Of a stretch of 64,000 nt of DNA, positions 19,825-29,555 are shown in pieces. The position numbers were made by a program, and so were the translations under genes. The notes beneath the pieces are model-generated. The model was not told where the DNA came from. It ran no database searches and saw only the letters and a list, made by a program, of their open reading frames with translations. This stretch comes from Candidatus Hydrogenedentota bacterium (GTDB lineage: Bacteria > Hydrogenedentota > Hydrogenedentia > Hydrogenedentales > SLHB01): assembly GCA_963745075.1 (NCBI GenBank), contig CAVUWV010000001.1, positions 64,001-128,000 on the forward strand. The letters run 5' to 3'. Each line of letters opens with the position of its first letter. Position 1 is the stretch's first letter.

Positions 19825-20535
19825 ATGGCGGGTCTTCGAAAACGCGGTATAATGTATTATGCGCGCGAATATGACCTCCTGTCCGAAATGAACCGTATCG
19901 GTATCGATCAATTCATCACAAGTCCGTTTCGCGCATTGGCGAGTGATACCGAGGCCGGTAATGGAGAAACGTTGGAGGTCTGCGAGGCCAATCCAGACCG
20001 GTTTTTAATGCTTTTTGTGGTCAACCCTCACCGGTCCGGGCGCGTCGACGCCGATTTTGCGCCATCTGCTAGCCATCCTCAGGTGAATGGACTAAAGTTT
20101 CACTGCGAAGTTCATGCCTATCCGACGGAGGGCGAAGGTTACACATGGGGCTGGCGTACGGCGCCAGGAAAGGGAATGCCGTCGTTGGTCCACACGTATC
20201 CGGCGAGCGTTTTGGCGGTTGTTCCCAAGTTGGCCGATCAATATCCTGATGCGAAGTTTATCATTGTGCGTCATTTTGGACCCGAAAACCTCGACCAAGC
20301 GCCACCGCTCATTCACGACAGGGCAAACGTTTATTCGGACACCTGTGTGTCACTCCTGCCTCTTGGGACCATAGAACGCCTCGTACGCGAGCTGGGCGAT
20401 GAGAGAATTCTATTTGGCACGGACATGCCCTACCTCAACGGCGGCCAGATTGGGAAGGTTCTTCTGGCTGAACTGGATGGTGAGGTTAAGAAGAAGCTCC
20501 TGGCCAAATACCCTAAGCGGCTCTTTTCTTTATAG
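19825..20535 (+). pseudogene. chimeric ORF: integrase-like N-terminal stub fused to an N-truncated amidohydrolase_2 protein
   Basis: MAGLRKRGIMYYAR resembles tyrosine-integrase N-termini; remainder has GLKFH, LVHT, NVYSDT, RILFGTDMPY but lacks the N-terminal HxH. Confidence 0.6.
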
Positions 20536-20553
20536 ATTAAACGGGAGAGTTCA

Positions 20554-21792
20554 TTGCGATTCGTTCGTTTATGTATCACTGCGATGCTTGCCACGAGGAT
20601 GTCCGCGTACGCCTTGCAACCGAAGCCGGGTGACGCGCCGCCCCCGGAAATTCGCGCGAAGATAAAAGCCTTGGCGCCTGAACTCGAGCGGGCAATGGCG
20701 TCGGAGAATGAGAAGGCCGTCTACGAGGTGGTCGCGAAAATTCGGCACGTCTACGGACCCTTCGCGGGAATACCGGAGTCGCCCGAACATTACGTTAAGC
20801 CGGTGAAAACCGACGATCCACCGTTGGATGCGCTGATTAGTGGGTGGAGGGCACTGTTCAACCGTATACTCGCGAAACGGGGTTGCCACAGCGAAATCGC
20901 CAAGAAGAATCAAATGGAACTGCGCGAATCCGCGTCTATCGCGACGGCATGTCTGGTGATGGCGGAAGCTGGGGTTCCCGACTCTCCGACATATAAAGCC
21001 CGCGCCAGAGAGGAACTCGATTATTTGTTGGCGCGCCAGGCGGAGAGCGGATTGTTTCCGTTCCCGGCCTACCCGGCCGCTTCAGCGCCGAATCTGGCGG
21101 CGATGGCGGAACGCATGCGGACGGAGCATCCAGACGACATCAAGAACGGGTACTTCATTGCCGATCGCGACGGCGGCGCCCAGTTCGACACGGGGTGTTG
21201 CGCCTATGCGCTACTACAAGGCTTCAAGGACCTCGGCAACGAGCGATACTTGGCCGCGGCCCGAAAGGCAGGCGACTGGGCGGTGGCGCGCCGTCTCGTG
21301 GCTAACTGGAACTACAACAGTTTCAGCGTGTGGCAACTCTCCGCATTGTACGACGCCACCAAGGAGCGAAAGTACCTGGACGCTGCGGTTGAAAAGGCGA
21401 TCTTGGGCGTGTTACCCGGTCTAATGGAAAATGGGCGGTGGGTTGACCCGCATAACGCCAAGCAGTCGTATCACTTCATCATGCTTCGGGCGCTAAATGA
21501 GTTGCTTCGCGTATTGCCGAAAAACTACCCGCGGTACGGCGAGATTCGTGACAAAACGGTACTGGCAGCGAACTCCGGCGCAAAAGACATACTGCGTAAT
21601 GGGGTATCCAACTCGGAAAGTGCGCTGATCGCGCTTTCACTCCTCCAGGCGAACATCGGGCCAAAGCCCTTATGGCACGACGCCGCCAACGCCATTGTCA
21701 ATGCGCTTATTGCGGCGAAGAAGGGAGATCCCATTTCGTTGCCATTTTACATCCGTTACCGTTCTCAACCGGCCGGGATCGGCCGTTCGTAG
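20554..21792 (+). CDS. secreted alpha/alpha-toroid (six-hairpin-like) hypothetical protein
   Basis: Signal-like N-terminus; repeats such as LGNERYLAAARKAGDW and TKERKYLDAA; GGGAG RBS. Confidence 0.7.
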   Translation: MRFVRLCITAMLATRMSAYALQPKPGDAPPPEIRAKIKALAPELERAMASENEKAVYEVVAKIRHVYGPFAGIPESPEHYVKPVKTDDPPLDALISGWRALFNRILAKRGCHSEIAKKNQMELRESASIATACLVMAEAGVPDSPTYKARAREELDYLLARQAESGLFPFPAYPAASAPNLAAMAERMRTEHPDDIKNGYFIADRDGGAQFDTGCCAYALLQGFKDLGNERYLAAARKAGDWAVARRLVANWNYNSFSVWQLSALYDATKERKYLDAAVEKAILGVLPGLMENGRWVDPHNAKQSYHFIMLRALNELLRVLPKNYPRYGEIRDKTVLAANSGAKDILRNGVSNSESALIALSLLQANIGPKPLWHDAANAIVNALIAAKKGDPISLPFYIRYRSQPAGIGRS

Positions 21793-21856
21793 TCGCGCCT
21801 ACGATGCACGCATATCTGTATCACCGATGGATCTTCCGCCAAATCAGCGTTGGAAC

Positions 21857-23260
21857 TTACAGGGTCCAACCTTCTCGGTAGACACGGCGGACGTAGGCGT
21901 TGGCGTCTGTGTCGTTGGTGACTTCCATCTTTTCGCCGTCCCACAACAGATTCCGATCCGGGAACCGGACTGCCAGGTTTCCCATGAGAACCATCTCCGA
22001 CAACGGCCCCGAGTAGTCGAAGTTCGAGTCGGCCGGCTCTCCCGTCTTGCACGCCCGGACCCAGTCCTGTTCGTGGCCGCCCGCGTCGCCGGGAATGCGC
22101 GGGATGCTCGGCGCCGGAGGCGTGAAGGCCTTCATGCGTGCTTGGGGGATCAGCTTGGGGTCGCGCCCATAGCACCCGCACATCAGCGTGCCCTCGTCAC
22201 CCAAGAAAAGCAGCCCGCCGTCCGAGTCGCCCATCGTGCGCCAATCTTCAAGTTCCTCGGGTCGAGGCGGCATCATGCCGCCGTCATACCAGGTCAGCTT
22301 CACTTCCGGCATTCCTTCCCGTTTAGGAAATTTGTACCGGATTATCGTCGACCGCGGGTAGTTCTCGTTCTTCGGTTCCGTCTTTTTCCAGAATCCTCCC
22401 CAGTACGTCGAAATGCAGGCATTCACACTCACGGGGTATTTCAGTTTGAGCGCCCAGAACGCCGGGTCCAGAATGTGGCAGCCCAGGTCCCCAAGCGAGC
22501 CCGTACCGAAATCCCACCACGCGCGCCACTTCTCCGGTAAATAGTCGGGGTGATACGGACGCATCGGCGCCGGGCCGATCCAGCGGTCCCAATCCAGCGT
22601 CGCCGGCACGGGAGGCGTGTCCTTCGGACGATCCACTTCAATGCCCTGCGGCCACACCGGCCGGTTGGTCCAGGCGTGGACTTCGTGCACCTTTCCGATG
22701 GCGCCGCTCCAAATCCATTCGCAGATTTGACGGGTACCTTCGCCGGAGTGCCCCTGGTTGCCCATCTGCGTCATCACCTTGTGCTTCCGGGCCTCCTCGG
22801 TCATCGCCCGCACTTCGTTCACCGAGTGTGCGAGGGGTTTTTGGACGTACACATGCTTGCCCGCCCGGATTGCGGCCAACGCGATCACGGCATGAGTGTG
22901 GTCGGGCGTTGCGACGATCACCGCGTCAAGATGTTTTTCCTTGTCCAGCATCTTGCGGAAGTCACCGTACTTCTTCGCCTTCGGATACGTTTCAAACACC
23001 AGCCCGGCATACTTCTCATCCACGTCGCACAACGCCACGATGTTCTCCGTCTCGGCGCACGCTTTGATGTTGTTTTTGCCCATGCCGCCGATGCCCACCG
23101 CGGCAATATTGAGCTTCTCATTCGCCGACTTCTTCTTGCGGGCCCCGACAAGAAGACTCTGCGGAAGCACCGAAACGGCCGCCATGCCGGCAGCGCCCAT
23201 CACAAAATCACGCCTCGGAATACCTTCACCCGCACCGTTCGCCGATTCGGTGTCATTCAT
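21857..23260 (-). CDS. Gfo/Idh/MocA family oxidoreductase, Tat-exported
   Basis: PRRDFV; GIGGMG; ATPDHTH; YVQKPL; GDLGCHILD. Confidence 0.92.
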   Translation of the reverse strand: MNDTESANGAGEGIPRRDFVMGAAGMAAVSVLPQSLLVGARKKKSANEKLNIAAVGIGGMGKNNIKACAETENIVALCDVDEKYAGLVFETYPKAKKYGDFRKMLDKEKHLDAVIVATPDHTHAVIALAAIRAGKHVYVQKPLAHSVNEVRAMTEEARKHKVMTQMGNQGHSGEGTRQICEWIWSGAIGKVHEVHAWTNRPVWPQGIEVDRPKDTPPVPATLDWDRWIGPAPMRPYHPDYLPEKWRAWWDFGTGSLGDLGCHILDPAFWALKLKYPVSVNACISTYWGGFWKKTEPKNENYPRSTIIRYKFPKREGMPEVKLTWYDGGMMPPRPEELEDWRTMGDSDGGLLFLGDEGTLMCGCYGRDPKLIPQARMKAFTPPAPSIPRIPGDAGGHEQDWVRACKTGEPADSNFDYSGPLSEMVLMGNLAVRFPDRNLLWDGEKMEVTNDTDANAYVRRVYREGWTL

Positions 23261-23292
23261 GATATGTCTCCTATCATTACGAAGTTGATAAC

Positions 23293-23460
23293 CAACGAGT
23301 CTACTCCAACGTCTACCGGCAAGCCAAACGGGGACGGGGGATTTGCCGGAAATTCCTCGCCCAGCACTACGAGCACGTCCCCGAGAAACTCCCGGCCGAA
23401 AACGTCAACCCCCACATCCCATGGCTGTACAACTTCAAGCTCGACTTCCACTTCAAGTAG
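23293..23460 (+). pseudogene. orphan C-terminal gene fragment, possibly of a transposase
   Basis: Open frame with host-like codons ending HYEHVPEKLPAENVNPHIPWLYNFKLDFHFK*; no start; family recalled, not verified. Confidence 0.35.
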
Positions 23461-23595
23461 CCCAAGGGACACCGCGTCTAATCAATTGGCCCAAATAAAC
23501 CCCTGCGAACGGGGGCGTAGGAATGGACTGACGTTTGACGCCGTCGCTGTGCCTGCTCCACAATGCCATTCTGACCGAAAGCGGGGTAGGCCACG

Positions 23596-24996
23596 ATGGC
23601 GAAAAGATTTCTTCTGATAGCAATTCTCCTGTCCGTTACGAGCGTCGCACAGGAATCTCCCACGGCCGCGTCTGCGAAACGAGCGCTGCACCGTGCGGTC
23701 GCATTCTTTCGTGAGAGCATCTCCGTCGAAGGCAGCTACCTCTGGCGGTACAGCGACGATCTGACGTATCGCGAAGGCGAAGGCAAAGCCGACGACCAGA
23801 CGGGCTGGGTGCAACCGCCCGGCACGCCGTACGTCGGCGAAGCGTACCTGGCCGCCTTCGAGGCCACGGACGACCCCGACTATCTCGATGCCGCCCGCGA
23901 AACCGCCAACGCCCTCGTGCGGACCCAACTTCAGTCGGGAGGGTGGTCTTACCCCATCTACTTCGACACGAAGAGGCGGGAAAAGCAGGCCTATCGCGCA
24001 GACGGACGGAAGGACGGAAACAATGTTTCCACGCTGGACGACAACACGACCCAGGCGGCCCTGCGGTTTCTCATGAAGGTCGACAAGGCCAACGGGTTTA
24101 AGGACGAGGCCCTGCACGAATGCGTAATGTACGGTCTGAACGCGCTGCTCGACGTCCAATACCCGAACGGCGCGTGGCCCCAACGTTTCTCCGGCCCGCC
24201 GGATGCGAGTCAGTTTCCTGTCGTGAACGCGTCGTATCCCGAGTCCTGGCCCCGCGAGTTCCCGAAGAGGGACTACCAGCACGACTACACCTTCAACGAC
24301 AACACCATTGCGGACGTCATCGATACGCTCCTCGATGCGGCGGACGTTTATGGCGATGACCGCTATCGCGCCGCCGCGTTGAAAGGCGGCGATTTCATGC
24401 TCCTGGCCCAGATGCCGGACCCGCAACCCGCCTGGGCGCAACAGTACGACCGCGACATGCATCCGGTCTGGGCGCGCAAGTTCGAACCGCCCGCAGTGAC
24501 CGGCGGCGAATCGCAAGGCGTCATGCGCTGCCTCATCGAACTGTCCCGCCGGACGGGGGAGAAGCGGTTCCTGGAACCCATCCCCAAAGCGATTGCATAC
24601 CTGCGCGCATCGGAACTGCCCGATGGACGCCTCGCCCGGTTTTACGAACTCAAGACCAACACGCCGATCTACTTCACGATGGACTATCACCTCACCTACT
24701 CCAGCGACGACATGCCGACCCATTATTCATTTATCGTTGGATCGTCATTGGATGCAATCGGAGCTTCCTACGAGAAAGCGCTGAAGGAGAACGCGCCTCC
24801 CGCAAAATCCAAACCGTCTGCGCCATCCGCGGAACGGGTGCAGGAAATCATCGATTCTCTGGACTACCAGGGCGCCTGGGTACAGGACGGCGAATTGCGC
24901 TACCACGAGAACACCGGCGTAAAGCGTGTCATCGATTGCCGGACCTTCGCCGCCAACGTCCGCACGCTCGCCGCGTACGTAGCGGCTTCGCAATGA
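23596..24996 (+). CDS. polysaccharide lyase family 10-like (PelA/Pel-15E pectate lyase-like) protein
   Basis: Signal peptide; STLDDNTTQ, QYPNGAWPQRF, TFNDN, WAQQYD, ARKFEPPA. Confidence 0.82.
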   Translation: MAKRFLLIAILLSVTSVAQESPTAASAKRALHRAVAFFRESISVEGSYLWRYSDDLTYREGEGKADDQTGWVQPPGTPYVGEAYLAAFEATDDPDYLDAARETANALVRTQLQSGGWSYPIYFDTKRREKQAYRADGRKDGNNVSTLDDNTTQAALRFLMKVDKANGFKDEALHECVMYGLNALLDVQYPNGAWPQRFSGPPDASQFPVVNASYPESWPREFPKRDYQHDYTFNDNTIADVIDTLLDAADVYGDDRYRAAALKGGDFMLLAQMPDPQPAWAQQYDRDMHPVWARKFEPPAVTGGESQGVMRCLIELSRRTGEKRFLEPIPKAIAYLRASELPDGRLARFYELKTNTPIYFTMDYHLTYSSDDMPTHYSFIVGSSLDAIGASYEKALKENAPPAKSKPSAPSAERVQEIIDSLDYQGAWVQDGELRYHENTGVKRVIDCRTFAANVRTLAAYVAASQ

Positions 24997-24997
24997 C

Positions 24998-27067
24998 GTG
25001 AATGCCAATTACCGTTGCATCTTGACGATGGCAACAAAGGACTTGGGGGAATCTATCTTGAAACCGATCTTCTTGTTCGGAGCGTTCGCGATCGCTGTCT
25101 CAACTGCGGCACATTCAGAAGACAGGATCGCCTGGGAAGGCCTCTTCAGCCTGCCGAACGCAATTTCCGAAACCGCGACTTCGCCAGACGAAATCCAGAA
25201 TCTTCCCACGTCCTTTCGCTACGGCGGCGCTCCGTCATCCAAACTTCTGGCAAACTGGTCCTTCCGCACAACGGAACCGAAGCGTACAGATGGCACGACC
25301 TCGTTTTCCTGTGTATGGGCCGCGCCGGATGGATTCGAAGCGCGGCTCAATGTGGTGCATTTCGACGAGCCCGCCGCGGTCGAGACGCAGTGGGTGTTCA
25401 CGAACTTGGGCACCGAACCGAGCGAGCGGATCACCGACGCCTTCGCGATAGACCTGTCCGCGTCATCGGAAAAGGAACGTTGTGTCCTGCATAGCGCTAT
25501 GGGCGGCATCACGGGGACCATCAAACCCGCCCCGGAGTCCGCCGGATTCGAACTTGCCGCGACACCCTTGGGTGAAAAGGCACTCACCGTTTCGGACGGA
25601 CGTTCCAGCAACGGTCATCTCCCCTTCTTTTGCCTGGAACACTTCAGTGGCGAACGTGGCGTCGTTGGGGCCCTCGGCTGGTCCGGCCAGTGGGAGGCAC
25701 GAGGGGCCTTCGACGCGTCAACCAATAGGGTCACGTTTTACGCGGGCATGACGCCGGTCGGGTTCAGGCTTCCGCCAGGCGAAACGGTACGAATGCCACG
25801 GGCCTTACTCGTCCCCTTTGAAGGCGACGCCCGAGTTGGCACGAACCGGCTGCGGCGACTGCTCCGCGAGCATTACCAAGGACGGATCGACGGCGAGAGA
25901 GTCCTGTCACCGGTGTCGTTCAACACATGGTTCGTTTTTAACAACGACGTGAACGCCGCCATGCTGATGGAATTGGCCGGGGAAGCGGCGCCGTTGGGCA
26001 TCGAATACTTCTGCCTTGATGCCGGATGGTTTGACGGCGATTTCCCGAAAGGCGTGGGCAACTGGACGGTCAATCGGGAGAAGTTTCCGGACGGTCTCGA
26101 AGCCGAGGCCAATCGCGTCCACGATCTCGGCATGAAGTTCGGGCTGTGGTTTGAGCCCGAACGCGTCACGGAAGGCACGCGGTGGGCCACCGAACACGGC
26201 GACCTCCTCTACGAAGCGCGCGCGGCCGGCGACCGGCGGCTACTCGACCTGTCCAAACCGGAAGCGCGGCGTTTGATCGTCGACATGATAAGCGGATACG
26301 TCGACCGGCTCGGCGTGGACTGGATTCGCTACGATTTCAACATCAGCCCGCTCGGATTCTGGAAAGCCGCCGAAGGCCCTGACGAACAAGGGCTCGCCCA
26401 ACTCCGGTACATCAACGGCCTGTACGCCGTGCTCGATGAGCTGATGCAGCGCCACCCGGGGCTGCTCATTGAACAGTGCGCCAGTGGTGGACGACGCATC
26501 GACCTGGAGACCATACGGTACGGTCACACGTTCTGGAAGAGCGACGACACCTTCGACCAGCTATTGATGCGGTTCCACGAAACCGGCGGCAACGAATTCC
26601 TCTTGGCGGGACATCTCAACACCAACTACTGCACCTTCGCGTCGGCGGGCGAAGTGCTCGCATTGTTCGCCGGTCCCCTGGGTTTCGGCGCGGACTTCCG
26701 GACCCTCACCGACGAGCAAAAGGCATTCTTGAAGCGGGCGACCGCCGCGTACAAGGACATTCGTCAATACCTCAACGCCGACTACTATCCCGCCTTTCCC
26801 CAGACGAAAGACCCGGCCGCATGGAACGGTTGGCAATTCGTTGCGCCGGAAACGGGTGAGGGCGTGGTCATCGCTTACCGTCCCGAAACCGCGACCGACG
26901 AGCGCCGCGTCGTCCCGCTCAAGGGGCTCAAACCCGGCACGGACTACCGTCTACGCGAGGCCATGACAGGCGAGGAACGGGTCGTTTCTTCCCAGGACGT
27001 GGCGGCCGGAATCGAACTCACCTTAGCCCCCGGAACCTGCGAGGTCTGGCGTTATCGACCAGAATAG
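24998..27067 (+). CDS. alpha-galactosidase-like, glycoside hydrolase family 36
   Basis: FNTWF, CLDAGWF, GNW..KFPDGL, FGLWFEPE, IRYDFN, CASGGRRID, WKSDD; true start may be 25028 or 25058. Confidence 0.88.
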   Translation: MNANYRCILTMATKDLGESILKPIFLFGAFAIAVSTAAHSEDRIAWEGLFSLPNAISETATSPDEIQNLPTSFRYGGAPSSKLLANWSFRTTEPKRTDGTTSFSCVWAAPDGFEARLNVVHFDEPAAVETQWVFTNLGTEPSERITDAFAIDLSASSEKERCVLHSAMGGITGTIKPAPESAGFELAATPLGEKALTVSDGRSSNGHLPFFCLEHFSGERGVVGALGWSGQWEARGAFDASTNRVTFYAGMTPVGFRLPPGETVRMPRALLVPFEGDARVGTNRLRRLLREHYQGRIDGERVLSPVSFNTWFVFNNDVNAAMLMELAGEAAPLGIEYFCLDAGWFDGDFPKGVGNWTVNREKFPDGLEAEANRVHDLGMKFGLWFEPERVTEGTRWATEHGDLLYEARAAGDRRLLDLSKPEARRLIVDMISGYVDRLGVDWIRYDFNISPLGFWKAAEGPDEQGLAQLRYINGLYAVLDELMQRHPGLLIEQCASGGRRIDLETIRYGHTFWKSDDTFDQLLMRFHETGGNEFLLAGHLNTNYCTFASAGEVLALFAGPLGFGADFRTLTDEQKAFLKRATAAYKDIRQYLNADYYPAFPQTKDPAAWNGWQFVAPETGEGVVIAYRPETATDERRVVPLKGLKPGTDYRLREAMTGEERVVSSQDVAAGIELTLAPGTCEVWRYRPE

Positions 27068-27285
27068 GGCTGTCGGAAACGCATTCCGTTCTCGGCACTA
27101 TTCTGGCCGTCGTGCCCCTCCGGTCGCATCGATCCGCGGATTTGCGTTAATATACGAGTTTTCGGAGTCCCGAGGTGGTGTTGCCGCGCCGGGCCGGGGC
27201 GCGCGGTGAAGGTCCTGCCGAACGTCCCCGCCAATCGTCCTCTCGCTGCAACCGGGTCTCGCCTTGGAAGAAAGGGAATCGACAC

Positions 27286-29274
27286 ATGAGTTACTTCGTC
27301 ACCGGAGCCACCGGATTCATCGGGCGCAATTTGTTAGAACGCCTGGTCAAGCGCAAGGGGACAATCTACTGTCTCGTCCGCAAGGGGTCCGAGCATAAAC
27401 TCGACGCCTTGCGGAAGCGGCTGGGCGTGAAGGCCGATCGCATCGTCGCGGTAAAAGGCGACATCGAGAAACCGCTCTGCGGCCTTCGCAAGGAGGACGT
27501 TACGAAACTTCGCGGGAGGGTCAACCACTTCTTCCACCTCGCCGCCATCTACGACATCATGTGCGAAGACGAAGCCCGGCACACCGCTGCCAACGTCGAA
27601 GGCACGCGTCATGCCGTGGAACTCGCCCACGCGATCAAAGCCGGTCATTTTCAATATGCCAGTTCGACCGCCGTCGCCGGCATGTTTCCGGGATACTGGC
27701 GCGAAGATATGTTTGACGAAGCCGAGAATTTCCATCATCCCTACTTCCGCAGCAAACATGCCGCTGAGGGCGTCGTCCGCTCCGAGTGCAAGATTCCGTA
27801 CCGGATCTACCGGCCGGGCATCGTCGTCGGCGACTCGAAGACGGGGGAGACCGACAAAGCTGACGGTCCATACTACGCGTTCAAGTTTCTGCAGAAGGTC
27901 CGCAACGCGCTGCCCGCCTGGGTGCCCCTCGTCGGACTCGAAGGTGGACGCATCAACATCGTGCCCGTCGATTTCGTCGCGGACGCGATGGACCATCTCG
28001 CCCACAAGCGCGGACCGAATGGCCAGTGCTTTCACCTGACCGATCCCGACCCGTACCGGGCGGGCGAAGTGCTCAACATTTTCGCCGACGCCGCCCACGC
28101 GCCCCAGTTCGTCATGCGGATCAACTCGCGCATGCTGGACCTCATCCCGCGCGGACTTCGTGAAGGTATTATGGGACTGCCGCCCATCCGTCGAATCATC
28201 GATACCGTGCTCGGGGATTTGGGCATTCCCTACGAAGTGTTCTACTACCTGGGCTACCCCACCCGCTTCGACTGCCGGGACACGGAGGAAGCCCTGAAGA
28301 AGTCGGGAATCGCGTGCCCCCCGTTGGAAAGTTACGCGCCGAAGATTTGGGACTACTGGGAACGCCACCTGGACCCGGACCTCTTCCGGGACCGGAGTCT
28401 GGGCGGTGCCGTGCGCGGCCGGGTTGTCGTGGTAACGGGGGCGTCCTCGGGCATTGGCCGGGCGTCCGCCCACAAGATCGCCGCGGCCGGCGCCAAGACG
28501 ATTCTCGTCGCGCGCAACCAGGACGGACTCGAACTCGTCCGCAAGGAGATCGAGGACAAGGGCGGCGAGGCGTACGTGTACACCGCCGACCTCTCAAACA
28601 TGGACGAGTGCGACAAGGTGATGGATGTGATCCTGAAGGAACACGGGGCCGTCGACATCCTCGTGAACAACGCCGGGAAATCCATTCGCCGCTCCATCAA
28701 ACAGTCCTACGACCGCTTCCACGACTACGAGCGCTTGATGCAACTCAACTACTTCGGTGCGATCCGCCTGATCATGCGCGTCCTTCCCGGCATGGCGGAA
28801 CGCCGTCGCGGCCACGTGATCAACGTCAGCACCATGGGCGTCCTGGCGAACCCGCCGCGATTTTCCGCGTATGTGGCGTCCAAGTCCGCGCTGGACGCAT
28901 TTTCCCGTTGCGCGCAAGCCGAGTATTTGGACAAAGACATCAATTTCACCACCATCAGCATGCCCCTCGTACGGACCCCCATGATCGACCCCACGGGCCT
29001 CTACGAAAACGTGCCGGCCCTTTCCGCCGACGAAGCCGCCGACATGGTCGTCAATGCGATTGTGGACAAGCCGCGCCGCATCGCGACCCGCCTCGGCGTA
29101 TTCGCACAGGTCATGCATACTGTGCTCCCAAACGTCGCGTTGGTAATTCTGAACACCGCCTACAAACTGTTCCCCGACACCGGCGGTCCCAGGGACAAAG
29201 AGGCCGCCATCGAAGCGCCGCCGTCTACCGAGGCCGTCGCGTTTGCATCGCTCATGCGCGGGATCTATTGGTAG
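27286..29274 (+). CDS. two-domain SDR, fatty acyl-CoA reductase-like
   Basis: N-terminal TGATGFIG, HLAAIYD, YFRSK, YRPG; C-terminal TGASSGIG, NNAG, YVASK, MPLVRTPMI; ends MRGIYW. Confidence 0.85.
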   Translation: MSYFVTGATGFIGRNLLERLVKRKGTIYCLVRKGSEHKLDALRKRLGVKADRIVAVKGDIEKPLCGLRKEDVTKLRGRVNHFFHLAAIYDIMCEDEARHTAANVEGTRHAVELAHAIKAGHFQYASSTAVAGMFPGYWREDMFDEAENFHHPYFRSKHAAEGVVRSECKIPYRIYRPGIVVGDSKTGETDKADGPYYAFKFLQKVRNALPAWVPLVGLEGGRINIVPVDFVADAMDHLAHKRGPNGQCFHLTDPDPYRAGEVLNIFADAAHAPQFVMRINSRMLDLIPRGLREGIMGLPPIRRIIDTVLGDLGIPYEVFYYLGYPTRFDCRDTEEALKKSGIACPPLESYAPKIWDYWERHLDPDLFRDRSLGGAVRGRVVVVTGASSGIGRASAHKIAAAGAKTILVARNQDGLELVRKEIEDKGGEAYVYTADLSNMDECDKVMDVILKEHGAVDILVNNAGKSIRRSIKQSYDRFHDYERLMQLNYFGAIRLIMRVLPGMAERRRGHVINVSTMGVLANPPRFSAYVASKSALDAFSRCAQAEYLDKDINFTTISMPLVRTPMIDPTGLYENVPALSADEAADMVVNAIVDKPRRIATRLGVFAQVMHTVLPNVALVILNTAYKLFPDTGGPRDKEAAIEAPPSTEAVAFASLMRGIYW

Positions 29275-29313
29275 GCTGTATTCTACCGGTTCAAATTCCG
29301 AGCCACTCTTCAT

Positions 29314-29348
29314 TTCGTAATCGTGCTCGTAATCGTTATCGTAATCGA
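29314..29348 (+). repeat. degenerate hexamer repeat (TCGTAA/TCGTGC)n inside a short inverted repeat
   Basis: tcgtaatcgtgctcgtaatcgttatcgtaatcg flanked by cactctt...aagagtg. Confidence 0.5.
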
Positions 29349-29555
29349 AAGAGTGAGACCGCGTGTGAGAACAACAGCGACATCAGGGACACAAGATCTA
29401 CCCGCAAGCAAAGCCGTGTAGTATTCATTCTTCGCGGTTCCCGAACGCAAGGCAATCACACCATGGGCTACGAAATCTCCCTATTGTCCCTCGCTCTTTG
29501 CAAGGTACTCACGAAATCCTAATACGAATACACTACAAAGGAGGACATCACCGCG

